From assembly GCA_965645245.1 (NCBI GenBank), contig OZ287079.1, forward strand, positions 868,001-932,000: 64,000 nucleotides of DNA, read 5' to 3'. Position numbers and translations under genes: made by a program. Positions 50,831 to 64,000 of the stretch are shown piece after piece. Every line of letters starts with the position of its first letter. The stretch's first letter is position 1. The stretch comes from Massalongia carnosa. Lineage: Eukaryota. The notes under the pieces were generated by a model, which was not told the DNA's origin, ran no database searches, and saw only the letters and a list, made by a program, of their open reading frames with translations.

Positions 50831-52830
50831 GGTTATCTTAAAATTTATGATCTCCTGCTATAGGTGGGGATCTGTCAGTCAAACTTCCGCTCCAGGCGTT
50901 TCAGGTAGTGCAAAATTCCCTTCTAGACAGCGAATGGAGTTAACGAGCGAAAGTCCAACTTCATAATTTTATGTCGATGATTGACTTGTCAGTACTTAGG
51001 AATGCCTCGATGATATTGAAAGACGGTTTACCGATATCCAAGTATATTTTTCAAGAACATTGCATGATGTGACGACACTTGCAGCGACATCTAAAGGCCA
51101 CTCTTTATGATTAAGCCGAGATTAGTACTGTATCGATCACGTCTATTATCCCTTCAGGGCCCCTGGCTAGTCTTTCGGTTTCATTGAAAGCTTCATTAGC
51201 TTCAAGGGTTTACTCATGGACATTATATCCTGAGAATGGTGACATAACTGAGTCTAGTCTCTTCCGTTTGGGTTGATTAGTCTAATAATCCAAGAATAAC
51301 CACTGGTAGCAGGGACTGGCGCACTGAACCCCCAGCGGCGAGTAACCCAGCCCGGAGAAAAAGCTATTCGTATTGCAGAAGTTTAAGAAGAGGTTTCAAT
51401 TCAATATATAAAAACCTATGCTCCAAAGTCAGAATAAGCTCTAAAGTGATTGGAGCCCGTTGAAATATAGCAGCGAATACTTATCTACATATGATGGGAT
51501 TGTATAGCCTTTGTATTCATTCTTTATTGCATCCACTCCACTCTGTGTTTTTATCTGAACGAGTGCAGGCTGAGGGAAATCAGGCATGACATGAAACCTT
51601 CTCGTCATCAAAATTTCACGGGTTTACAGACTGCACTGTCGGGCCTGAATATTGGCACATTTCACTTTTTCCAATAATCTTCTTCTCATGATAGGCAGCG
51701 TATAGACTTCTCCATCCTATCCGAAAGCAGACAGTAAGTCCACTTGATCTGATCCATCAATAAGGAAAGCTGAGCTCTGACGCCATGATTGGAGAGTTCA
51801 GGTAAGGGATGTGAACATATATCCGCATGAAATCAAAACATCGAGGTATTTGAGAAAGCTTGCAGGTGACACTTTATCTCTTCTAACAGTCTCGTTCCTT
51901 TCTCAATCTCAGCTAGATTCACGTACGAGTTTTGCATGTTCGGGGTTGATCGACCTGCAACTGAAATTTCTCGTCTTCACCCTTTTTTGGTATCACGCCT
52001 CTTTTCTAATGTCGCTAAAATAAATAAAAAAACACGTCTTGGGATCGTGACTTGTTGGTCAAATTCAAACGATGAACAGCATCAGCCTGTTATCGAGCCC
52101 TTGTGACAGTTTGAAGGGCTAGTGATCTGATTAGCTAATAACAGGCTTTGATTCTCTTCTTTACCAAAAGAATAGACATGACTGCCTTATTGTATTAGTG
52201 TCCTGTACGAAAGACCGAAATCATGCCACGGATATGGTCGGGCAACGAGATAACTTGGAACAGTTCCGTCTACCTCCAAAACATCAATAATGCAAGCCAC
52301 CGAAAACACCAAGCTAAAAACATCCTTAGTGGCGCTTTTTTCAGGTCTTCTATGATGAATAAGTTATCAACCCTAGAAGTTTAATATCCTTCAACGTCAA
52401 AATAAAAACCTTGTAAGGAATGATTAGACGGAAAGTATTGTTGTATATTACTGTCTAGTCTTTTCTTTACAAACGTGCTTGGTGCAATTTTGTAGCCTTC
52501 CCCAAGTCACTCTTAGGACACCGCGAAAGGTAGTGGGGTGTGAGCTAATGCTATCAGGTGGTTGGAATGGGACATAGAGGCGTATGCAGCCTACAAGTTT
52601 AAATAACAGAGCATCTGCTGAGACTTCGATCTAGAACAGCGAATATAGGAAGAAGCAGATGATAAGTTATATAAAAGTATAGTGAGCTAAAATATAGCTA
52701 GTCGCTTTAAGATAAAGAAATCTCCATGACTAGACTTAGGCGGGCCTCTCTGCTGGTAATTATATTTTGGAGCCCATACTTCAAATATGGGAGCTTCCAT
52801 ACTCACTGCTCTATCGTCAAGCCAAAAATC

Positions 52831-53852
52831 CTATTCTGCCTCCCATAGGCGAGCGAAATCATAGATGCTTTCCTTCGGTTTAGAGCTTTCATCATCACTA
52901 AAATTATCGAATTCGGCAGTAAACGATGCTTTTCGTAAGTCACGCAGAGCATCTCTCTCAGTCGACGCAAGTTGCTCTTCGAAAACAGGATCTTCACCCA
53001 TAAGACCTTGAGATTGACGTCGAGCGCGAATCCGTCGAGCTTGCCTTCGGACGTCTTAGGCCTTTGTTGTATACGAGTACATTATTTCGGCAGCACCGTC
53101 CAAATTAGAGCTCTCCATCAGTTGTGGTTGTCCGAGCGTGCCGTGCTATTGTCCGGCCCGCTAAGCATGGAGACTCAACTACGTCAACCAGCCTAGGGGA
53201 TCTGATAACTCACCCACTCCTGCATGAGCTTATCATAGGCCTTCTCCTCGGCGAAAAATAGCGAAAAGAGATTGATCCAGTTGAATGAGATTTCGCTTGA
53301 CGCCATATCTACTTTCAAGTCCGGGATATAAATGTCATGAAGATGATTTCGAATTTGTACTATCTGTTTCGCATCGTTGAGCACATCGGGTGAGAAATCA
53401 TTGATGAGCGCAAAGATTTGTTCTCTATAGCTTTCAATAGACCAATTAGAGCGGAAGATTGCAATTTGGCTGTTGGTTGTGAGTCGGTCAAAATAGAACG
53501 CTACATCAACTCCCAAATCTATGGCTCCATCAGTAAAACATTAGCGATTATTTACCGCCATCAATCTTATAATGTTGAATGAATCATTGAAGCTTGAAGG
53601 TATTAACAGACCTTTCAGTCAATTAGCAATCGCTTCTCTTGAAGCGAATCACAAGCTTGCCTAGACTAAACTGCACGGCCGTCTTGGGCAAATGCTGTGC
53701 AATAAAGATTCGCTCAACTTCTTCCCGGAACAGCTTGGATACACAACGAAAGTCGGTCCATAGATACACCAGATCCTGAAACCGCACCACTGGTCGGAAA
53801 GAGGCCACTTTTCGCTCCACAGCTCTGGAGGAAGCCGAGGGAATTGGCCCAT
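52831..53852 (-). pseudogene. F-box-like fungal protein pseudogene (3 exons)
   Basis: The start MGQFPRLPPELW (F-box-like LPxELW) needs a frameshift near 53805 to continue into FQDLVYLWTDFRCVSKLFREEVERIFIAQHLPKT. GTAAGC-like (GCAAGC) and GTGAGT donors. The last exon has a premature TAA at 53056-53058 before RRQARRIRARRQ...WEAE*. Confidence 0.55.
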
Positions 53853-55859
53853 GATCTTACTCTAGAATGAACGATTCATAGATTGATTCTGTCTGACGAG
53901 CCCTGTATTGCGACCGAGGTTCTTTTGCCTTCCTGCTTACTAATTTCCAGATTAGGCAATCATATGCTATATGCGAAAAGCTTCAGATATCAGCACGACT
54001 TCGACAACTACGAGGAGGCAAAGGTATGCAGCAAAAATGCTACATTTCGGAGGCAATTCAGCTGTTCATGATCACTGAGTGTCTCGGTGTCTCCGGTCGG
54101 CAATAAGATGTATTTTGCCCAGCTGAAAAGGTTCAAAGGAAGCAGGTTCATGCATTTGACATAGGCCGAGATGGAGGCCTTCAAGCAGTTAAGCGGTGAT
54201 TTCTCATGTACCTTAGCTATTCAGTCGTTCAGAATTCAGTTCAGCAGATAGCTAAATTTGGAGTATCTTCACTGGAAATACGGAGTACCTGTATCACGTT
54301 TGTCAAGCACTTCTCTTTGCCTATCCTTGATAGCCCTAGACCCTCTTCTCCACCCTGAACCCGTAGCCAGCTAACTAACTACTTTTAACCTAGCTAGATA
54401 CTCTGTAACTAACGCTAACCCAGAAAGGTAACCTTTATCCTTCAATCTTTTGATATCTCTCACACTCTGCGTTCCTCTCATCCAGGTATAGCTGGATGGA
54501 AGCTGTGTTCATTTCTCAACACTATATCGCCTGAACACAAGCTACCTTCACTGATTCACAGATGGGGGTATCGATAGCACCCGTTCTTGAATCGCCGAAG
54601 TATTCGCAATGACTTCACAACCTTCTGGGATTGATTGCGCCACTTCTAGGCGCTTGAATTTACAGGAGTGGGGATATTATATCTGGATCGCATCTTTATT
54701 TATGCTATCAAGCATCGTTTTAGTCTTTAGTCTTCGTGTTCGATACTTCCTAAAGATTATTGATCTATCGAAGATTGAGACACCAAATCCTTAGCTTTTG
54801 CAGTCGAGCGTTTGCTGTCTTCAACATCCGTTCTTTCTGGCTTGATTCGGACGTATCTTATCATCTTTTCGGTATCACTTGTGAACTCGAGGCAATTTGA
54901 AACTTCTCAAACAGTCATTGGCATTGACCTGTTTTGAAAAAATTGAACAATCAAGACTCATTGTAGTATATGCTCTACTACAGTTCGATCTCTACAGGTT
55001 TTGCATTGAATTATATTTCAAAATTCTGGGATCTGGGCGAACGATAAGAAATCCCTAGTGTTCGCCTCAGGCGTAGAAACAAGAGAAACTTATGAATACT
55101 CACTAGTGCTAGGGTCTTCCTGATTTTCATCTGTCAATCTTTCATTTAGCCGAACCGACCCCTCTCTACTGCGTTGTGGCTGGTTTTAACTGCAGCGGCT
55201 AGGATAGTTTGTCCCGTTCGTCCCCGCGGTGATTCCGTTTAACTGAGACATTGATGCTCCAACAACGCTCCCTCTTTTTGATATTCTTTTCTTTATTATT
55301 CCTTTGTTAATGTAAATATAAGGGCCCCGCATGTGTGAATCCCCACTGCCATATTCGCTTGTCATTTATTTGCACTTCATATTCACCAAAAAGATGCAGC
55401 GGCCGCTGTAATTAGCTTTCCCATACATGGCAGAAACTTGCAGTGGAGAACACGGGCGTTCTTTGACGAGGCCCGCCCGTAGGCGGCGCAACTGCACCTT
55501 TGAGCCTACCGATCATCTCGCGCGTAGGACATGTCCTAATATTATGTGATCTTGTTGTAGAGCCACTAAAGTAATTCGGCTGGGGCGAAAGGTAATGCCA
55601 GGACCGAGTGGAGGCAGGCCGTGAACAGCCGATGAAGGCCGAGGGCAAGGGGATGACATCCAAATAGTTGGACAAGAAGGGGAGAAAGAGGGCATAAAGT
55701 AGGTGGCCTTCTGGCACTCTTCTCCTCATTATCACTATTGATTCGGAGTCCAGCACCAAAAGGCCCTTTTCCCACCCGCCCACTCCTTGACTCAGCTGCA
55801 TAGGTAGGGGGAGTTTTCCCCTCGCTACTACCAAAACAAAACCATTATAGGAGGGGCCC

Positions 55860-57599
55860 TCAGCAAAACTGAGCGCTAGCCGGGCAGCAGCGAGAGGAGA
55901 GTTGCCAAACCATAGATAGAAATTATATATATACACAGCCGACATAATGGAGCCCGCGGATCACCCTGCTAGTTCAAGATTATGGATGTATGGCCACGAC
56001 TAAGGGTGGAACTCGGTATATTGTGTTCTTGATCGATACCGGAAGCAGCAAAAACCTGAGCCGGTGAAGGGAATCCAATATGTACCAGTACAATAGCGAC
56101 AACTGTGCGGAGTTCGGCGCGATTGAACCTACGCAAAAGACTTCGGCCCTGATCCAAAAAGATGCATTTAAGATCGAATACGGTAATGGGGAGCACGCAA
56201 GTGGAGACTAGGTCTCGGACAGTTTCGTCATTGCCGGCCACATCATGCTTGAGGTCGTGTACGGTCTGGCAATCGATCTCGCGCAACGGATGAACATCAT
56301 CGGCCTCGTTTTTCCGGCTCTTCAGAAAACGAAGACTCCCTATCTGAAAAATCATGGTCTGGTCAAATCTGCTGAGTACAGTCTGGCGCTTAGTCATGCC
56401 GCCGGCGTCCCGGGCTCCCTGCTCTTCAGCGACATTGCTCTGACCGAATTCAGGGGGTCGCTAGCCACGATTCCGATATTGCCAGACCCGAACACCGGTT
56501 TATTCAAAGAAATCGGCGTTCAGGTGGACGAGATAATTTTTGAAGGCGAAAAATATGGTCCCTTCGACAACTTCATCATAGACTCGGGCTCTTAGTACAC
56601 CACTGTTCCCCTTGAAACTGCGTCGAAAATCTATGAGCGAATCGGCGCCCATGATTCCCAACTTAAAGAATACCCGGTGGTGCCTTGCAATCTCCCCGCC
56701 GCGGTGAAGAACCTAGTGATTGAGTTTCGACGCCACGATCCGCATTCCTGCGTTAGAACTAGTCATCCCGAGCTCCGTTAACGACAAACAGTTACGCAAA
56801 GAAGCTCTAAAAATTATTTCGACATCCTTGGAGCTTAGACCACCTCCGGCGATCCAGTTGTGCTTGGCCAAGCCTTCCTCGAGAGCGCATACGCCCGTCT
56901 CTTCAATCGTCCCAACGGACAGGTCCCTCTGGCGCAAGCCGCTCACACTTCTAACAGTCACATCATTGAAGTTAACGAGGGGGGCGTGAAAGCCGTCGGC
57001 GGCTTGGTAGGATTGGGTGCTGCGCCTTTATTGACCGAAAGCCCAGAAAGCCCAGTAGACCCTAGCCAAGAATCCTCCAACGCGCAGAGAACCGATGTAG
57101 CGAACTCCAAGCTAAAATTAGCAAGCACGTAAGCTGCCGAAACGCCCAACGTGCAAGACTCCCAAACGCCACCCGACTGGACGGCATTCAATCCCGAAGA
57201 CCCATCTCAATCCCCACCTACTACCGCACGCCTCGTAGTCTTCTTGGCGGTTTCACCAACATGGAGCCGGAGGAAACGATCACCACTACACACCCAGGGG
57301 TTAATCCCCAAACATGGGTTTCCAGATCCTCCACCACCAACAGCGAGAGTCCGTTCACATTCCTGTCCAGCACGGGCGGTGAGAACCAACCTGCCATTCA
57401 CGAAGTAGCAGCAGGAGGTACCGACGCTACGGCGAAAAGTTCTGGCACACTGGCTTTCGCACTAAATGATAGTGCCAATAAAAACCACAACAACGAAAGA
57501 GCAAGCGCATGGGGGACGACGGCGGCGCTTGATATGCTTGAACCGATGGTCCCGGACCGGGGAAGCGTCGCGAAGGTAGACGAGCCGGGAAGCGGGTAA
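55860..57599 (+). pseudogene. Pepsin-like (A1, yapsin/Bar1-like) aspartic protease pseudogene; boundaries approximate
   Basis: Both catalytic motifs are present: LIDTGSS (56035) and IIDSGS (56581). Also flap FKIEYGNG, YSLAL, GSLLF, VPC, CxLGxAFL...Y and a Ser/Thr/Pro-rich tail. In-frame TAG at 56209 and 56593, plus frameshifts. Confidence 0.8.
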
Positions 57600-59819
57600 G
57601 GAGCGCTTCTGAGTGCGGATCTCGGGGGCGGGACGTGGACGGGGAGGAGAAGACGGAGGAGGAATGGAGGAGGGTTGAATGGATAAAAATGATGACGATC
57701 GACAACAGCAACAAACAGAGATCGTCATTCTAGTTAGGCAACGTTAAAAAGACTGAAATGAACGGCTATACATACCCCAAAGGAACTTGAAAATAGGACC
57801 TTTCCCGTTTCACGGTCTCAACCCGTTTGTTCCGGCATTATTTAACTCAGCACCGTCCTAATAGCCCCTTTTAAATCGCATGCTAGGTTTCCCCGGGAAA
57901 AGCTAGTCAGAAGATCAACCTCGTCGAACGGACTCTAGTAAAGACTGAGATTACAGCACCCGCGAAGAACGGGGTGTACTTATTATATAACATGTATCGT
58001 CTTCTTCGTTCTAGTTGCGAGTACCTAAGTTGCTGGGGAAGCCAGGAAGGGTTTTCTCGCTAGGGTTTCTGGGGACCTGGCTGTCTGAAGATCCGGATAT
58101 ATATGGGGGGGCTGCTCTTGGTGTTAGGGGGTTGGAGAGTGGCGCCACGGCCATCTCCAAGCCTTACCTATGTTATGTACCCTTGACAATTCCCCAGCAA
58201 TTCCGGGCGACACGGAACCGCGGCTGGAAAAACAGTGCAGGGAGGCAGGCCAGCGAAGAAGGCGATCTCCCAAACTATTCAAGGAAAAGGATTTGTTTCT
58301 CCACTGCGCATCTCCGCGCCCCTCACTCCAACACCCTTAATTCCCGGCAGAATCGTGCCCGAGCGACTGAACGAACGAACGGATAAGGCGAAGGGTATTA
58401 AAGGAATATGTAGACTGCCAGGGAATAAATAAACAATGTGTACGTTCAAGAAAATTAGAAATAGGATAGGAAATAGAGAAAGCGGGATCCAAAAAAAAAA
58501 AAACCAAGGAGGCTGCAGGTGAGTGGGTAAGTATGTAAGCTATCTTATGTTAAGCTGAGCTAAGCAGCAAGGATTTGGTCGGTAGAGAAGTACTCTATAC
58601 ATGTGTCTATGTATATCAATGGAAGAGCAGAGAGATGTATCTACCTAGGTATCTACATACACTCTCGTGTTTAGTTAACCCAAGTAGGTAAGTTCCTTTC
58701 GCTGGCTAATCACCTTGATTCCTGCTTGCATGGCAAAAACCTTGATGGAGCATACAGTGACCTCCCACGAAAATCCTACTTCTGTCTCGTTCCGCCAAGA
58801 CTTGAGGTTGCGGTCCTTGTATGCTAGCGTTTGTTGGGGGCGGAGGATGGAAGTGGAGAGAGACAGACGGAAGGGAAGGAAGGGAAGAGGGGGGATTATA
58901 GGAAATGGGAAATGGGAAGGGAAACGTATGTTCTTGATAAGTAAATGGAATAATTGCAATTGCCATTTCAATCCCCCTTGATAGGTATATCCAGCTTAGG
59001 TTTCCAATATTTCAATGTTCCTAAGATAGGAAACAACGACATGTAAAAACAAAGAAGGTAGATCGCACTGATTGGGTAGAGAGAGTCGGGCACCTTATTC
59101 GTTGGTGGAAGAGTGGGAAAGGGGGTTGAGAAATAGATCGGGGAGAGGTGCTGGGGAGAGGTAGAGAGAAGAGGGGGTGGCAGAGCGAGAATGGCTCGTA
59201 TGGAATCTTACTAAACATTCTAGAGGTATGGGGGAGGATCATCTGAGAAGAGTAGATGATGCCGTAACGAAATTGCCTAAGGATGAAAGGTAAAAAAGGC
59301 GAGGCGGGATATGGATGGTTTGCTGCTGTGACCGTTGACTTTTATTGCATGCTCGTTTTGTTAGGAAGAGGCCCTTGGAATGTGTTGCATGAGAGCTGCA
59401 AGTCGTTGTAACATCTAGTGTTTCGTACGTCAAATGTATAGGAATAAGGAGGTCTTGGTTCTCATGATTCACACATTTCTGAATTTCTTGACACATGATC
59501 TAACTCATCAAAGACAGCTGTCGAAATGATGACACTGACAGGCTCTCCGAGGAGGCCACGTAATCAACATTAACCAGGTTGAAAAGGGGAGGAAAGAGGG
59601 TATCTATCGTGTTCTGCTGAGTCAGGCCTGTGTAACCCAAGTTTGTACGACAACGCCAACCTTCCCATACGATGCTAAATCGGAGTCTATGAAATGTCAA
59701 AACCCGTAGAACGCCAATATACCCAGCCATACCTCGCTCGTTTAGGACGGAAGCGAAGCGAACAAAAACACAGCCTTGATCAAATCGGACCGAACGAGGA
59801 TCTCATACCCTCGAAAGCC

Positions 59820-60320
59820 TTAATCGAAATACGACTCTTCTCGTATGGCAGACAACTTCCGCAACCCCGGGCCGCCGTTCAGGTGTTTTACAAGCCCATT
59901 CAGCGGCTCTCTCCCTCCGTTCACGTGACTAGACGGTCCGTTTGGTAGATCCTTGGCCTCTCTAACCGGCTTTGCGTATCCGTTTAATCCTGTTTTACCA
60001 TTGGCGAGTGCAAGTTCTTCCTTGATTCTTGTCCGCTCTCGGCCCTCTTCCCTGCATTGACTGACTCTTCCAAACGCCATTAGCTGGGCGCACACCATGA
60101 CAATGGTGTAACTCCAGCAAAAGCTTTCCGAGCTGTGCATATTCAGGTGAGGGTGGCAGGCCGAGGGGCCAAGAGTGGAGTATGGCGGAGGCTGTGTGGT
60201 GGCCGAAGCGACGATGGGGGGTAATATTCGCGAAAGGATGGTGTTGAGACTGTGAAGGAATAGGACGGGGTTCAAGAAGATGGCGGGAAGAAGATAGGAT
60301 GTTTTGATTAAGTTGTGCAT
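59820..60320 (-). CDS. Hypothetical small membrane protein (~166 aa)
   Basis: ATG-initiated ORF with two hydrophobic segments (YLLPAIFLNPVLFLHSLNTIL; CWSYTIVMVCAQLMAF) and a charged tail. Divergent from BOS1. Confidence 0.6.
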   Translation of the reverse strand: MHNLIKTSYLLPAIFLNPVLFLHSLNTILSRILPPIVASATTQPPPYSTLGPSACHPHLNMHSSESFCWSYTIVMVCAQLMAFGRVSQCREEGRERTRIKEELALANGKTGLNGYAKPVREAKDLPNGPSSHVNGGREPLNGLVKHLNGGPGLRKLSAIREESYFD

Positions 60321-61405
60321 GCTGACAAGATCCGGTAGGAAGGTAGGTTGGCACACAAGGCCTTGTCTAGTAGGATGTTGGATCTTATTGTGTCATAGCA
60401 CTTGGCACACACTGAGGGTACATAGGTAATGGCAAATGTAAACGGTTGATATAATCTCAACATGCAGCGGACGATTTCGAGTGGTTGGTAGGTATGGATT
60501 GGGGAGTGGTTTGCGGATCGAGCCAATTCTCCATGTAGGAGATGAATGCCGAGTGAGGTTGAGGAACACAGTATGGGTGAGCGAGGATCGTAGCTGTGAA
60601 GTAGTGGGAATGTTGAGAAATGTTGAGAAGTTGATTCTCTCGACTTTCCAAGTTGGTGGAGTACCACGCTAAGTTGGTTTTCGATACGAGTACAGAGTAC
60701 GGGAGTACGTGGACTTGGACTAGTTAGCAGGTTACAAGGTATATTTCGGATAATGCGTAAAATCCGAATACTCCGAATACCGCATGACGTCCTACCGGTG
60801 ATTATCCTATGGCAACGGTACTCTTTCATACGGCGAATCATCCACTGTTCGAGTCACGGAGAACATGGCGAGCTTCGAGAGTCAAGGGAGGGCTTCAGCC
60901 TCCTTTATTACATCCCATTAAATGTACTCCGTACTTCGACAGAGTATTTAGGTACGGAGGTGGTCTCCGTACTGTGTGGAAAGTACATGGTATCAAAGTT
61001 TCAGCTACTCTGTACGTTTGTCAGAACTTGATGCCTGATATGAGGCTGGATTGGCATGAATAGGAATAGTTGACGGATATTGAAACAATTATATCCTCGG
61101 GTCATTTCGGATTGAACGATCCGAAGATTTCTCTCAAACCGTTTTCTATCACCACCCAATCGTGTATCGTTGACAGAAAATCTAGTCTTCTCTCCATTTA
61201 GGTTCTTACCAGTAAAACGACGGGGTTTAACCACATGCAGGGCACAATCCGAAGCTCCGATATTCCGCCACTAAGCGAGCGGATCTAGCCACGTATGGTA
61301 ATACCGCCTTTTTTTATTTTTTGGGTTGGTAGGGCTTAATTAAGCCTGTATGTGATCTTTTGCATATCCAAGGCGTTGACAGTCCCATCTCTCGGTTTCT
61401 TTGCA

Positions 61406-62397
61406 ATGGTCAGTACTATCCCATCCACCCCATAGAGCCCTTCTCCCCGCAATTCCTCCCTAAACTATATTTGAACAGAATTCCCTCTTCAATTCCGCTC
61501 TCAAACAATCATCCTCCGTCCGCCGCGACCTTGATGCCTTCGCCGAAGCTCCAACCACCTCCTCGCCCGCCCTGCAAGGTCAGCCCCTCCCCACCGCTAT
61601 GGTTGAGTACTCTAGCCACAGTAGAGGATACTGAGCTTGACCCAGGGCAAATCGCGGCTTCCCTCACCTCCTTTTCCCGGACGATAGACGAATACTCGGA
61701 AACAGCCAAGCGGGAGCTCATCCCCGCCAAGCAAGAAAAAGCCTGGGAACGCATCAAAACCTTCCGCGTCGAACTAGCCGATTACCGCCAATACTTCGAT
61801 CGGCTGAAACAAGATCGTGAAGATAGCGTAAGCAGCTCGCTCCTCCTTACCAGCCTCGTTCATCTTTGCCCCCCCCCTCATCCTTACTCCTTCTACAAAG
61901 TACACCCAGAAAGATAACCCCGCTAAACCTCCCCACTCCGTTTCCAGCAAACCCATCACAACCGCACTGAGCTCTTAGGCCGCCGCCCCCACCACACCTC
62001 TACCCCCGAGAACCCCTATTCGCAACCCCCCATCCACTCCTCCCCCTTCGCCCCTCCCCCCTCCTCATCCAGCACAACCCTCTCGTTTGGCGCCGCCCCT
62101 TCCGCCCTCCCGCGCGAAGCGCATGCCCTCCGTGAACAAACCTTCATGGCGAGCACCAACGTGCAACTAGACGAGTACCTCGAACGTGGCCGCGCTGTGC
62201 TGGGCGACCTGGGCCAGCAGCGCGAAATGCTCAAGGGCACGCAACGGAAGCTGTATAGTGTGGCGAACACGTTGGGGGTGAGTGGGGAGACGATCCGCAT
62301 GGTGGAACGCCGGGCGAAGCAGGATCGGTGGGTGTTTTGGGTGGGGGTACTGGTGTTTTTCGGGTTTTGTGGGGTTGTGCTGCATTTTTTAAGGTAA
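61406..62397 (+). CDS. BOS1: ER-Golgi Qb-SNARE Bos1/membrin; exons 61406-61408, 61479-61578, 61646-61827, 61948-62397
   Basis: The spliced product is MNSLFNSALKQSSSVRRDL...QIAASLTSFSRTIDEY...RTELLGRRPHHTSTPENPY...LDEYLERGRAVLGDLGQQREMLKGTQRKLYSVANTLGVSGETIRMVERRAKQD, followed by a C-terminal TM anchor. All introns are GT-AG and in frame. Confidence 0.93.
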
Positions 62398-64000
62398 GAT
62401 GAGATCGGGGGCAAGGCAAACGAGGATTGATGTAAGATGAGGATCTTTGCTTTATTTGTAAAGCTTTTTTGGGGGGGCGTTTTCATCTTCGAAAACCCTC
62501 TTTTGTGTTTCTTGATCCAGACCCCATCTCTTCCAGAAACGCATCAGCTATCCAACATCACCTCCCCACCGATTTGTTCCCCCCCCACAATTCTTCCTCC
62601 ATCATCACACGCCAAGTCTTCCCTCATATCCCTACCGACCAACCGTAAAGGCGCCCCTTCTCCTACTCGCCAACAACCCCCACCGAAAGCTCTTCCACCC
62701 CCGCCTCACGAGAAGGAACTTAAAAAAAGGTTAACAAAAAGAGCAAGAACTCAAACCCCCACCGTAAAACTCGCAAGTCTCGGACTCACAAGCAGCCCTT
62801 CATCAAGTAGACAGGAGGTAGTGCTCGCGCGTACCGAGGCTTCAGCTGGGGAAATCCGTTTTTCTGCTGGGGCGTGCGACGCGCCACTGTTGCGTTGGTT
62901 GAATTTAAGGGGGGGGGGCGACAAAGGAAGTCGAGTGCGGGGGTGGATAGAGGGATGTTAGTTTTTTGTGGGGGGGGCGTGGAGATAATGGAGGCGGGGG
63001 GATGGTTTGAGGATAGTCTAAGCAGGATTTTCGCGAGGAGAACACCGGTGATATGGCGGGGGTACTGATGGAGTAGTCAAAGCTTTGGACTTTGAGGGGA
63101 GGGGAGGGGTTCGGTACGCAGAATGTTCAAGACGTTGACTTGGTTGTATGTTGCCACAATGGGTGGTGTAGCTTGGTGGTTGGACAGTTGGTCGCGTGCT
63201 CTGGTTGGATCTGGGAATTGTACCGGGCGGCGTGCTCGAGGGTGATGGCGAGCAGGGCAGGTGTTTTCTTCAAATCTCGGCTGTGAGGTTCTGGCTATGG
63301 ACGATGTAAATACCTAGGGCTAGCCATTCTAGCTTGGTTATGTCAAAGGGATCGGGATTAGTCAGAGGAACAGCTATGGGAAAAAACCTAGCACGTGTTT
63401 GGTGTTGTGTTCGCAGCTTGTTGTGACTTTGGGGCAAGTTTGACTGTTGCGTAGTGGATGGCAAATATCAACGGATGTAGTTTAGACAATATATACAAAA
63501 ACGACAATGCCGAGCCAGCCTTACAACAGAAAGCTATGATGAGGGAGGTTTGAAGAGAGAATTGATGATCAGAAATGTGTTCTGATTCCCAGGAAATGTG
63601 TATACGGTTAATAATGTTTAATCATACAACAGCTGATATCGAGGATGAAATCATTAGTCCTCAGCCATTACCTTCCAGGCTTCTAGCATAAAGGATTACC
63701 CAATATCATGATGTCATTTAGAAAACGGAATGCTAAGCAGCTGGTTTTTGGACCCTTGTTGTTGATTCAGCATTCGCAAGCCCAATGACGGTCAGTTATC
63801 CATTATTTATCAGTTTGCATGAGCAATGAGCGACAAGGCTTTCCATAGGGTGTTGAGGGATATGAAAACCAACATCCTAGTGGGCAAAACCAGTTCCCAA
63901 TCGGCCTGACCTAGCGGCCCCATTGCTATCGGATCGCCCAAGGATAGCATTATCTCCGGCGCTCGCACGGTGGGGAAAGCGGCTGGAAAAGCCCAGTTGT

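Overview
Eukaryotic, intron-containing DNA from a filamentous ascomycete (Pezizomycotina, inferred from a medA orthologue and short GT-AG introns with CTRAC-type branch points). Conserved genes are a GYF-domain Smy2-like gene (5' end outside the window), an S8 subtilisin, an Egt2/LolT-like PLP enzyme, a 7-exon AAA+ ATPase, medA and the SNARE BOS1. Several hypothetical genes and two pseudogenes (aspartic protease, F-box-like) are also present. The accessory middle holds two head-to-tail Helitrons (minus strand, A|TC...hairpin-CTCG|TC...hairpin-CTCG|T). One is a decayed RepHel element that appears to lack its Rep core and carries an in-frame 169-bp solo LTR; the other is non-autonomous with a 12-bp minisatellite. 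A Fot1/pogo transposase inactivated only by point mutations, many apparently GG>GA, lies further right. The most novel candidate is a two-exon gene at 31335-32093, split in the ORF track, encoding a PemK/MazF-like fold followed by three tandem PAM2-like (PABP-binding) motifs: a putative poly(A)-mRNA-directed endoribonuclease. All family calls come from motif recognition by eye; no database search was run.
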